64,000 nt of DNA from an uncultured Clostridia bacterium (GTDB lineage: Bacteria; Bacillota; Clostridia; TANB77; CAG-508): positions 33,645 to 97,644 of the forward strand of contig CAKOTZ010000002.1 of the NCBI GenBank assembly GCA_934120395.1, in the 5' to 3' direction. The position numbers and the translations under genes were made by a program. Position 1 is the stretch's first letter. Every line of letters starts with the position of its first letter. The notes beneath the pieces were generated by a model, which worked only from the letters and a program-made list of their open reading frames with translations, did no database searches and had not been told where the DNA came from. Shown piece after piece: positions 8,986 through 19,900 of the stretch.

Positions 8986-10227
8986 CTACTTTAAATATAA
9001 TACAACTCTAAATCCAAGACCACAATCAGTTCCGGTTAAATTTCCATCACAATGCCTATAACAAACTGGATGAATATTTGATGGGTCACGGAAACTTCCC
9101 CCTCTAAAAACATGCTCTATTTCACTATTGCCAATCTCATCAGTATATTCCCAAAGATTTCCTGCTATATCATAAGTATGATACATTTCCGAAACTTTAC
9201 TTGCTCCTATTGTAAACAAAGTATATCTTTCTGTTTCACCTGTTATTTTATTTTTAAAATCTGTAATATACCATTTTGTATCATTAAGAGTTGCTGTAGC
9301 ACTTCTACCACTATACGATATTGAATTTAATCCGTAATTTCCAATTAGACCTGAATCGAACAAATCATTTTTAGAAAATATAATTCCACTTTCGTTAGTT
9401 TTTCCAATACATTTTTGTATCATTACGTCCCATTGGGTTCCTGAAATTAATTTACTTGACACTGTTTCGCTTTTTTCATACATTTTCTCTGCATTCTTTT
9501 TGCAAAATTCATAACTTATAAAATTCCAAGGTATCTTTCCTGCTTTTGATAACGGAATTCCATCAATATTATAACCCACATTACTTGTACTTAATACTGT
9601 TCCACTATATTCTATAATTTCATCAGCTAATCCAGCTTCGTATCTTCCTATATAAAAACCTCCGTACTTTTTTATTTGTTCAACTTCCTTTGTTGATATA
9701 CCACTAGTATCATAATTTCCTCCAATCATATAATTTGAACCCCAATCTGTTTTGTGATACTCTTCCTCTGTGCATGGAATCCATACAAATTGATTTCCTG
9801 CCAAGCTTGTCGTATATTCCCATGTTGTTTTGTCTATTTTTCCATCATAGGCATCAGCTGGGTCGTCTGATATGATTACTCCATTATCTAAATTTCCACC
9901 AACATAGTAAAAATTCTTAGGTACTGGTATTATATTTTTCTTATCATCAAGTACAGCATCTACTGCGTCTTTATTCCAGCCACCTGGCAAATCTACTTTT
10001 GTGCCTGGTGATTTCAGTTGTAAATCCATATAACTTTCTATACTGTTTAATAATTTTTGTTCATTTTCACTACTTTCTTTATATCTATTCACACTTGACT
10101 GTGCCTTGTTAATCAAGCCATTTTCTCCTAGTACCATTGATAAACTTACTCCTGCTAGAATTAGCAAAACAATAATTGTAATTATCAATGCTACTAATGT
10201 GATAGCTTTATTACTTTTCAAATTCAT
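8986..10227 (-). CDS. Pilin-like N-terminus protein with C-terminal FGE-sulfatase (SUMF1/DUF323)-like domain, long paralog 2
   Basis: Same N-terminus as paralog 1. C-terminus ...YDIAGNLWEYTDE...VFRGGSFRD...CYRHCDG...GLGFRVVLYLK carries FGE-sulfatase family motifs. The first ~170 aa are ~95% identical to the 12112-13368 gene. Confidence 0.8.
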   Translation of the reverse strand: MNLKSNKAITLVALIITIIVLLILAGVSLSMVLGENGLINKAQSSVNRYKESSENEQKLLNSIESYMDLQLKSPGTKVDLPGGWNKDAVDAVLDDKKNIIPVPKNFYYVGGNLDNGVIISDDPADAYDGKIDKTTWEYTTSLAGNQFVWIPCTEEEYHKTDWGSNYMIGGNYDTSGISTKEVEQIKKYGGFYIGRYEAGLADEIIEYSGTVLSTSNVGYNIDGIPLSKAGKIPWNFISYEFCKKNAEKMYEKSETVSSKLISGTQWDVMIQKCIGKTNESGIIFSKNDLFDSGLIGNYGLNSISYSGRSATATLNDTKWYITDFKNKITGETERYTLFTIGASKVSEMYHTYDIAGNLWEYTDEIGNSEIEHVFRGGSFRDPSNIHPVCYRHCDGNLTGTDCGLGFRVVLYLK

Positions 10228-10769
10228 TTTTATACCTCTTTCCTTTGTGTTTCTATATAAAATTATAATTTTAGCTTATCCATCTTTAATCAATATTATG
10301 TAATTCTATGTTAATTAGTTAACTGTATTTTATACTATTATCTTGAACTTGTAAAGTACAATTGAAAAAAACTTACCTTTACAATGGTAAGCTTTTGTTC
10401 TTCGCTTTCTTTTCCGCGATTTATCACAAATATCATTTTTTCCATTCGGTTCTTCCCACTGGAGCTGTAACATTGCTTTCGCAATTAACAGCTCTCAGCG
10501 GTCCCCACGGAAAACCTCATTTCAAAAATATATTTGTTCTTCTCGCTAATGCATTGCTAATTTTAAAACACTTGAATAAGTCTATCACTAGCCGAAGACA
10601 AAAATATATAAAATTTAAAAGTGAGTTCGACCTTGAAGCAGTTATTCACTACACAAGTTTAGAATGTGTTCAATAGAATTTGAAAAGGCTGTCTCTCAAG
10701 CGCCTTGGAGAACGGAACGGCTAAATTTTCATATATTTTTGTGTAGGCGGTAACACTGTAGTAAAAAAA
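10228..10769. repeat. Duplicated intergenic module B (carries a ~100-nt insertion relative to module A)
   Basis: Aligned with 8509-8985. The extra segment ...aaaatttaaaagtgagttcgaccttgaagcag...ctctcaagcgccttggagaacgg is shared with module C. Confidence 0.85.
10325..10357 (-). promoter_or_regulatory. Sigma-A-type promoter of pilin-like paralog 2
   Basis: Same TTTACA-N17-TAAAAT arrangement as module A. Confidence 0.5.
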
Positions 10770-11645
10770 CTACAATTTAGATTTAGAGATAACTACAACT
10801 GGGCGCACATATAATGGTCCAGTTCCACTACTCCTATCTATATAAAAATAGTTAATGAATTTATCATAATCAACATACCATGCACATTTAGAACCATTTG
10901 CATACCCGTAATAATCATTAAGCCAGTAATGTATTCCAATGTCGCGATATTTCACTGCAACCCCTTCTGCTTCTGCTTTTGTTAAAAGTCGTCCACTTCC
11001 ACCTAAGTTGCTTCCAAATGTACTTGCTTGACTTTTTGCACCGTTCCAATTATTACTACCTATAGTTGTTTTACATAGCAAGGTCACATTAGTTCCATCA
11101 TCTCCTATTACATAAAAACTATATCCTCCAACGCTTACTGTTTCTCCATTTGAATACGTTGTTTTTTTGTTTACCTTTAATGTATACTCAACTGACTTTT
11201 CTTTATATTCTTTTGTTCCTGCACTTGTTACTTTTATTATTACAGTTTCATCTACATTTTTTGGCGTTACCGTTATTGTATTTCCGCTTATAGTAGCTGT
11301 TGCAATATCTTCGTTTAATGTTTTTACGCTTAAATCTCCTCCACTTGTATTTTTTATTACATCAAATGTTATTGTATTTGGATAAGTACATTCTCCACTT
11401 GTTGCTGAAAGTTCTATTTCTCCTTCTTTTCTATTTAGTAAGTCAAAGTATTCTTCTACTTTATTTAACAAATTTTGTTCATTTGTTGCCTTTTCTTGGT
11501 ATTTATTCACACTAGACTGTACTTTGTTAATTAATCCATTCTCTCCTAGCACCATTGACAAACTCACTCCTGCTAATATTAAAAGTATAATTATTGTAAT
11601 TATCAATGCTACTAATGTGATTGCTTTGTTACTTTTCAAGTTCAT
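10770..11645 (-). CDS. Pilin-like surface protein, short paralog 3 (Ig-like domain, divergent C-terminal 65 aa)
   Basis: True start is MNLKSNKAITL at 11645, with the conserved RBS. The track's 22-codon upstream extension (MFRCEQNKTIILCRNTKERGIK) overlaps the leader and RBS. Confidence 0.8.
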   Translation of the reverse strand: MNLKSNKAITLVALIITIIILLILAGVSLSMVLGENGLINKVQSSVNKYQEKATNEQNLLNKVEEYFDLLNRKEGEIELSATSGECTYPNTITFDVIKNTSGGDLSVKTLNEDIATATISGNTITVTPKNVDETVIIKVTSAGTKEYKEKSVEYTLKVNKKTTYSNGETVSVGGYSFYVIGDDGTNVTLLCKTTIGSNNWNGAKSQASTFGSNLGGSGRLLTKAEAEGVAVKYRDIGIHYWLNDYYGYANGSKCAWYVDYDKFINYFYIDRSSGTGPLYVRPVVVISKSKL

Positions 11646-12111
11646 TTTTATACCTCTTTCCTTTGTGTTTCTACATAAAATTATAGTTTTATTTTGTTCA
11701 CATCTAAACAATATTATGTAATTCTATGTTAATCAGTTAACCGTATTTTATACTATTATCTTGAACTTGTAAAGTACAATTGAAAAAAACTCACCTTTGT
11801 ATGGTAAGCTTTTCGTTTCTTGACTTTCTTTTCCGCGATTTATCACAAATATCATTTTTTCCATTCGGTTCTTCCTAGTCGAAAGCAAAAATATATAAAA
11901 TTTAAAAGTGAGTTCGACCTTGAAGCAGTAATTCACTACACAAGTTTAGAATGTGTTCAATAAAATCTGAAAAGGCTGTCTCTCAAGCGCCTTGGAGAAC
12001 GGAACGGCTAAATTTTCATATATTTTTGTGTAGGCGGTAACACGGCAATAGACTAGAAAACACACAAATTCAATATATCAGCTTATGTTACTATTAATCT
12101 ACACATTTCCA
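11646..12111. repeat. Duplicated intergenic module C (terminator hairpin degenerate: actcacc/ggtaagc)
   Basis: Aligned with modules A and B. Lacks part of the central GC-rich segment but has the module-B insertion. Confidence 0.8.
11744..11776 (-). promoter_or_regulatory. Sigma-A-type promoter of pilin-like paralog 3
   Basis: Conserved TTTACA / TATAAAAT elements. Confidence 0.5.
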
Positions 12112-13368
12112 CTATTTTATATAAAGTGCAACTCGAAATCCGAAAGTACAAACCATATAAGAAACAGCGTAATTCCCCAAACGACAACATGCTGGACAAA
12201 TCTCTGAAACATCATAAGAAGAACCTCCTCGAAGAACCTTATAACCGCTCCCATGTCCTACTTCATCTGTCCATTCCCATACATTTCCTGCTACATCATA
12301 AACATGATATACCTCTGTGTCTTTACATGCTCCAGTTGTAAATTCTATACGTGTATTTTCCTTTATAGATGCATTTGTTTGTTTTTCTCCCCATTGCTTT
12401 ATATACCAATTATTTCCACTTTGAAATATTGTCGCTGACCTTCCTGTATATGTTAGACTATTATTATAATAATTTCCCCATTTGCTTGAATCTTTTATGT
12501 CTACTTCTGTAAATGCTAGTCCTTTTGTATTTGTTGTTCCCATAAATTTATTTAACATTACATCCCATTGCGTTCCTGTTATTAATCCACTCGTTACGCA
12601 ATCGTTATTCTCATACATTTTTTCTGCACTTGCTTTACTATTAGTATAACTAATATAACTCCATGGCAATTTTTCCGCTTTCGATTTTGGTATTCCTATT
12701 GAATTATATCCAGCAGGACTACTAACTCCATCGCTTATCTGTTCTTTTATATACTCTGCTATTCCATCTGCTAAGCCAGCTTCATATCTTGCTACATAAA
12801 AACCATTATATTTCTTTACCTTATCTATCTCAGCTTGATTTGGTCCTGTTTTGTCATATCCAACACCAACATACTTGCTTCCCCAATCTGTTTTGTGATA
12901 CTCTTCCTCTGTGCATGGTATCCATACAAATTGATTTCCTGCCAAGCTTGTCGTATATTCCCATGTTGTTTTGTCAATTTTACCATCATAGGCATCTGCT
13001 GAATTATCTGATATGATTACTCCATTATCTAAATTTCCACCTACATAATAAAAATTCTTAGGCACTGGTATTATATTTTTCTTATCATCAAGTACAGCAT
13101 CTACTGTGTCTTTATTCCAGCCATCTGGAACATCTATTTTTGTTCCTGGTGATTTTAGTTGTAAATCCATATAACTTTCTATACTGTTTAATAATTTTTG
13201 TTCATTTTCACTACTTTCTTTATATCTATTCACACTAGACTGTGCTTTGTTAATTAATCCATTCTCTCCTAGCACCATTGACAAACTCACTCCTGCTAGA
13301 ATTAGCAAAACAATAATTGTAATTATCAATGCTACTAATGTGATTGCTCTGTTACTTTTCAAGTTCAT
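12112..13368 (-). CDS. Pilin-like N-terminus protein with C-terminal FGE-sulfatase-like domain, long paralog 4
   Basis: True start is MNLKSNRAITL at 13368. C-terminus ...VYDVAGNVWEWTDE...VLRGGSSYD...FGFRVALYIK. The N-terminal ~170 aa are near-identical to paralog 2. Confidence 0.8.
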   Translation of the reverse strand: MNLKSNRAITLVALIITIIVLLILAGVSLSMVLGENGLINKAQSSVNRYKESSENEQKLLNSIESYMDLQLKSPGTKIDVPDGWNKDTVDAVLDDKKNIIPVPKNFYYVGGNLDNGVIISDNSADAYDGKIDKTTWEYTTSLAGNQFVWIPCTEEEYHKTDWGSKYVGVGYDKTGPNQAEIDKVKKYNGFYVARYEAGLADGIAEYIKEQISDGVSSPAGYNSIGIPKSKAEKLPWSYISYTNSKASAEKMYENNDCVTSGLITGTQWDVMLNKFMGTTNTKGLAFTEVDIKDSSKWGNYYNNSLTYTGRSATIFQSGNNWYIKQWGEKQTNASIKENTRIEFTTGACKDTEVYHVYDVAGNVWEWTDEVGHGSGYKVLRGGSSYDVSEICPACCRLGNYAVSYMVCTFGFRVALYIK

Positions 13369-13556
13369 TTTTATACCTCTTTCCTTTGTGTTTCTACATA
13401 AAATTACTGTTTTATTTTGTTCACATTTAAACAATATTATGTAATTCTATATTAATCAGTTAACCGTATTTTATACTATTATCTTGAACTTGTAAAGTAC
13501 AATTTAAAAAAACTTACCTTCAACATGGTAAGTTTTTTGTTGTTTTATATTTTTTC
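13369..13556. repeat. Partial module D (terminator, promoter and leader only)
   Basis: Contains the acttacc...ggtaagt hairpin (13512-13533), the TTTACA/TATAAAAT promoter (13466-13497), and the conserved leader and RBS. Confidence 0.8.
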
Positions 13557-14204
13557 CTATTCTTCATTTTCCTCAGCTTTTAACTCTAGTAGTTTTTTAT
13601 CAAAATGTAGTGCAGTTGCTGTAACTGTAAGTCCAAATACAAATAATGCAATTGGCATTGCTAAAGCATTAACTGGTATTCTAGCAATTGTATAAATACT
13701 TGCTAGCACTGCTTCTGCTGCAACAGATGTTACAATAGTCCATAATGCAACCTTCCAAAATGTTAATTTCCAATAACGAACCGCCATATATACAACAATT
13801 ATTGCAAGCACAATTAAACTTGGTACTATATAGTTTTTTACAATATTTTTTATTTCAATAGCAGGGCTTTTTATAATATTAATATCTGATACACTATATT
13901 CTAAAGAATACTTTTCATTAACCAACTGTATTAATTTTTCTAGTTGCTCATCAGATGCGGACTTTACCGTTATTGCTGCCATATCCTCAAAAATTTCTAT
14001 AGTTTGTACTCTTACATTTTCATTTTCAAATACTTGATTTGCTATTTCTTTTATTTCGTCTTTGTTTATACTTTTTCCAATATATATTTCTATTTTTTCA
14101 TTTTCACCATAAGCTAGTCCTAAATTAAAACCTTTTGTTACTCCCATAACAATTCCAAGAATGATTATTATAGTAACAATTCCATATAGTATTTTTTTGC
14201 TCAT
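13557..14204 (-). CDS. SecF-like protein-export membrane protein (short, divergent)
   Basis: 215 aa. N-terminal TM, soluble domain, then C-terminal TM bundle ...VYMAVRYWKLTFWKVALWTIV... This recalls SecF topology, and it sits beside the SecD-like gene. Confidence 0.4.
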   Translation of the reverse strand: MSKKILYGIVTIIIILGIVMGVTKGFNLGLAYGENEKIEIYIGKSINKDEIKEIANQVFENENVRVQTIEIFEDMAAITVKSASDEQLEKLIQLVNEKYSLEYSVSDINIIKSPAIEIKNIVKNYIVPSLIVLAIIVVYMAVRYWKLTFWKVALWTIVTSVAAEAVLASIYTIARIPVNALAMPIALFVFGLTVTATALHFDKKLLELKAEENEE

Positions 14205-14222
14205 TTATTTATCCTCCCATTT

Positions 14223-15536
14223 TTAATCTTTCAATAGATTTCTAACAATTAAATAATTGTATGCAGTTTCTATTATTAGTCCCCAGAATAGTGCTGTTCC
14301 AAAGCTTACCATTGGTAACCATGTAACAAAACAAAATACAATAGAAATTACATATAACGGAATTTGAGCTAAAGTCATTTTTAAAATATTATCATCCATT
14401 TTTTTGCTATTTGTATCTTTTGCCAATTTAGCTAAGAATACAAGTTCCATAATACCTGCTAGCAAAATTGCAAACATGCTTCCAATAGCTAGTGGTACAT
14501 TTGTAAAACGTATTAATAACATTACTATTGCAAAATAACCAACTAAGCTTATAGCAGCTAAAAGCCCATTCTTTTTGTAACGAATAATTAAATATAGCAT
14601 TGAAAGTACAACTAATACTACAGCTATTAAAACGATTCTATTTAATGCAGTACTATCAATTATAGGTGATACATATTGATTTTCTCCTGATGTATATACA
14701 ATTGGTAATGTTTGATTATTTAATATCATAGCAATATATGATGCTGTTGTTGCTGTATCACTAATTTCTGTGCTATCAGTACTAGCATCTCCCATTGGGA
14801 TTTGAATTTGTCCGTCAGATATTGTCTCTCCAAAATAAGTTGTTAATAATGTTTGGTCATCAATTTTTATTGTGATTGTCTTTTTAGTTTTTGTTCCATC
14901 CTCGCCTGTTGTTTCTATATATTCGTTTGTAACATCTTCTAATTTTTTAACGGCATCTTTATTAAATTTTAAATTCAAATAAACTGTAGTGCCTTTTTCA
15001 CTAGAATAGTACATAACTTGTGCTTTTTCTAAATCACTTTTGCTTAATAATACTTCTTTTGAATCTGTACCTATTATGTTAAAGTCTCCCTGCTCCATTA
15101 AGAATTGTAAAACATTATCTGTTGTAGTACTATCAGGCATATCCACGATTATTTTTCCATCTTCTTCGTTTACTCGTATATCGTATTCTTCAATTTTTGC
15201 TTCTTGCAATCTTTTTTCAATAATATCTTTACATAGTTTATAATTATCTGTATTTAGCACCTCAGCTGAATTTACAGTTTCTTTTGTCTCTTCACTGTTT
15301 TCTGTATTATCACTTGCTGTTTCGTCTGTACTTGCTTTATCACTTTTTTTCTCAGAAGTATCTACCTTAAATGTAATTAATCTTGACCCCTTCAACTCTT
15401 TACCTAAAGCATAATCAGGTAAAATATTTTTCATACTTCCCTTATCGTATTGATAAATTCCTACAAAAGCAATTAATGATACTAGTATAATTGCAACAAG
15501 TATTACTAGTATTTTTAAATTTTTTCTCTCTTTCAC
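14223..15536 (-). CDS. SecD-like protein-export membrane protein (divergent)
   Basis: 437 aa. N-terminal TM, a ~250-aa extracytoplasmic domain, and a C-terminal TM bundle with YLIIRYKKNGLLAAISLVGYFAIVMLL...IGSMFAILLAGIM. The pattern resembles the SecD core. Confidence 0.45.
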   Translation of the reverse strand: MKERKNLKILVILVAIILVSLIAFVGIYQYDKGSMKNILPDYALGKELKGSRLITFKVDTSEKKSDKASTDETASDNTENSEETKETVNSAEVLNTDNYKLCKDIIEKRLQEAKIEEYDIRVNEEDGKIIVDMPDSTTTDNVLQFLMEQGDFNIIGTDSKEVLLSKSDLEKAQVMYYSSEKGTTVYLNLKFNKDAVKKLEDVTNEYIETTGEDGTKTKKTITIKIDDQTLLTTYFGETISDGQIQIPMGDASTDSTEISDTATTASYIAMILNNQTLPIVYTSGENQYVSPIIDSTALNRIVLIAVVLVVLSMLYLIIRYKKNGLLAAISLVGYFAIVMLLIRFTNVPLAIGSMFAILLAGIMELVFLAKLAKDTNSKKMDDNILKMTLAQIPLYVISIVFCFVTWLPMVSFGTALFWGLIIETAYNYLIVRNLLKD

Positions 15537-15554
15537 TTTTTTCTTCCTCCTAAA

Positions 15555-16214
15555 TTATAATAATCTTGTATCATTTATTAATAACTCAAACCAAACATTT
15601 AAATATTTCGCCGCATATTTGCTCATCATAGTTCTTTCCATAAATATTTCAAAATAGTCAAGAACAGGGCAAATTTTTGTGTCTATAGTTAATTGTAAAG
15701 TAATAACTCGCTTTTCCTTATTTAATATTAATTTTGAATCTGTTACGGCATAATTTACTTTATCATGTATACCAAAACTTGCCATGTTTTGATTTCTTAC
15801 TCTGTTTCTATGCGCATCTGACTTATCTGCAATAATAAGTGCTGCTGAAATATCACTAACTGCTGTTCCTGTAGCTTCATCATGATTTCCAATAGCCATC
15901 ATAATTTCTACTCTTTCATTTATTGGCATACCCATTCTTTCTAAAATATGATACGCTAAAATAGCGCCATTATGAGCATGGTCTGTCCTATTAACACAGT
16001 TTCCAATATCATGCAAATAGCCAGCAATTCTAGCTAATTCCACTTCTCTTTCACTATATCCTAGCACTTCTAATATATTGCTTGCTCTTTCAGATACAAT
16101 AGTTATATGTCTAACAGAATGTTCTGTAAATCCAAGTGCATCAAGTTGCTTTTGAGCTCCCATAACTAATTCCTTAACTTCTGCATCATTTTTTACATCT
16201 TCTAAAGTAACCAA
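15555..16214 (-). CDS. HD-domain phosphohydrolase
   Basis: H...HD motif (LARIAGYLHDIGN...DHAHNGA). Confidence 0.7.
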   Translation of the reverse strand: MVTLEDVKNDAEVKELVMGAQKQLDALGFTEHSVRHITIVSERASNILEVLGYSEREVELARIAGYLHDIGNCVNRTDHAHNGAILAYHILERMGMPINERVEIMMAIGNHDEATGTAVSDISAALIIADKSDAHRNRVRNQNMASFGIHDKVNYAVTDSKLILNKEKRVITLQLTIDTKICPVLDYFEIFMERTMMSKYAAKYLNVWFELLINDTRLL

Positions 16215-16340
16215 GCTATACGCCTCCTAAATATATAAATCTGTTTAAGATTTTATATTAAATTAAAGAAAATAGCAACCATTTTTCGAAAAAAATAGTT
16301 GCTATAGCTGATAAATTTGTACTCTTTTCGGTTTATATTC

Positions 16341-16748
16341 TTATCTTTTGTTCCCACTATTTACACCAACAATTCCACCTATCATTCCTACAATAACGCT
16401 TAATACTATCATAATTATTGCGTTTGTATTTAATGTAAAACCTGTTCCTAAACTACTAGATGTTAAATATAATATAAACACATAAAAAAATCCAACTAAT
16501 CCACCATTTAAAAGGCCATTTTTAGTTAGCTTCAATGTACTAATTGTTGTACCCGCAAAAATACTTATTGCTACAATTCCTATCATAACGGGTACTATCC
16601 AATGTTCCGAAAAATTTGTGTATGTTATAATTATAGAAAAAATAAAAATAGCTACCAAAGTACTAATAATTGATATTGCAACACCTTTTATAAGCGACAT
16701 AAATGACTTGTTCATCTCAATACTACTACCTTCTAATACATTTTTCAC
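16341..16748 (-). CDS. Small polytopic membrane protein (TIGR04086/YrzE-like)
   Basis: 135 aa with four predicted TM helices and a Gly-rich C-terminus. Confidence 0.5.
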   Translation of the reverse strand: MKNVLEGSSIEMNKSFMSLIKGVAISIISTLVAIFIFSIIITYTNFSEHWIVPVMIGIVAISIFAGTTISTLKLTKNGLLNGGLVGFFYVFILYLTSSSLGTGFTLNTNAIIMIVLSVIVGMIGGIVGVNSGNKR

Positions 16749-16797
16749 CGTCTATCCCTCCTATTATAAATATATATTAAATTTACATGCTATATAT

Positions 16798-16834
16798 TAC
16801 AAAAAGAACATTTTCGCCATTGAAAATGTTCTTT
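16798..16834 (-). terminator. Rho-independent terminator of the dnaK operon
   Basis: agaacattttcgccattgaaaatgttct: a 10-bp stem followed by a U-run on the minus strand. Confidence 0.7.
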
Positions 16835-16852
16835 AATTTTATAACTACGTAA

Positions 16853-17994
16853 TTAAAAATCAAAAAATCCTCTTTTTTTAACTGGTGGTTGCTCATTCAT
16901 TGTTTTAGCTAGTTTTGTTAATAACTCTCTCTGTTCACCAGATAATTTTTTTGGAACCTGAACTGTTACTGTAAAAATAAAGTCTCCTCTAAAACTTCCA
17001 TTTACACTTTTAAATCCCTTATTTTTGATAGTAAACTTTGTACCTGTTTGTGTTCCATCTGGTATACGATATTTTTCACTTGTTCCATCAACCATTGGTA
17101 TTTGTAAATCAGCTCCCAAAGTTGCTTGTGTAAATGTTATTGGTATTTCACAAAAAACATTTTGACCCTTTCTTGTATATATACTGTGTCTCTTAAGGTG
17201 AACTACAATATATAAATCTCCCTTTGGTGCGTCTTTATCTCCAGCTTCTCCTTCATTTCTTAATATTATAGTTTGACCATCATCAATTCCTGCTGGAATT
17301 TTTACACTAATTTTTGTTTGTTTTCTTACTTTTCCTTTGCCTCTACATTCTGGACAAGGTTCTTTTATAATTTTACCTTCACCACGGCAAGCATTACATG
17401 TTTTAGAAGTTTTCATTTGTCCTAAAATAGTTGTAACAACTTGTTGTATTCTACCAGTTCCACCACACACAGTACATGTTTGTGCCTGTGTTCCTGGTTT
17501 AGCTTTTTCACCATGACAAGTATTACATTGCTCGTAGCGATTAATAGAAATTTCTTTTTCAACCCCTAAAAATGCTTCCTCAAAACTTATTTCAATATTG
17601 TATTTTAAATCAGCACCTCTTTTAGGTCCTTGATTTCTGGCAGAATTTCCTCCTCCGAAATCAAATCCGAAACCTTTAAATATATCTGAAAAAATATCAT
17701 CTCCAAAGCCACCATAATTAGAATATGTATAGCTTCCATTTTGGCCATTGAACCCGCCAAAACCTGCGGGTCCTTCATGTCCAAATTGATCATACATTTT
17801 TCTTTTTTGACTATCTGATAAAACCTCATAAGCCTCATTTACTTCTTTAAATTTAGCCTCAGCTTCTTTTTTATTATCTGGATTTGCATCTGGATGATAT
17901 TTTTTAGCTAATTTTCTATATGCTTTTTTTAATTCCTCATCCGTTGCATTTTTATCTACTCCTAAAACTTCATAATAGTCTCTTTTATCTGCCA

Positions 17995-17995
<1 letters not shown>
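16853..17995 (-). CDS. dnaJ: Chaperone DnaJ
   Basis: J-domain (YYEVLGV...HPD), G/F region, and four CxxCxGxG zinc-finger repeats. Confidence 0.95.
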
Positions 17996-19881
<1,886 letters not shown>

Positions 19882-19900
19882 CTATTCTTTTGTTTTTATA

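Noticed and set aside
11646-11711. 22-codon 5' extensions (MFRCEQNKTIILCRNTKERGIK / MFKCEQNKTVILCRNTKERGIK) on pilin-like genes 3 and 4 (also 13369-13434)
   Set aside because: They run through the conserved RBS and leader. Genes 1 and 2 start at MNLKS with the same RBS, so the extensions are artefacts of ORF calling.
11748-11936. 62-aa minus-strand ORF spanning the module C terminator
   Set aside because: Crosses the terminator hairpin and promoter and has no RBS. A possible 35-codon peptide (MEKMIFVINRGKESEEQK...) preceded by GGGAAG was considered but is unsupported.
7603-13556. CRISPR array possibility for the repeated units
   Set aside because: Repeat units are 190-540 nt intergenic modules alternating with ~0.9-1.3-kb genes. 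There is no 25-40-nt direct-repeat/spacer periodicity, and no cas genes.
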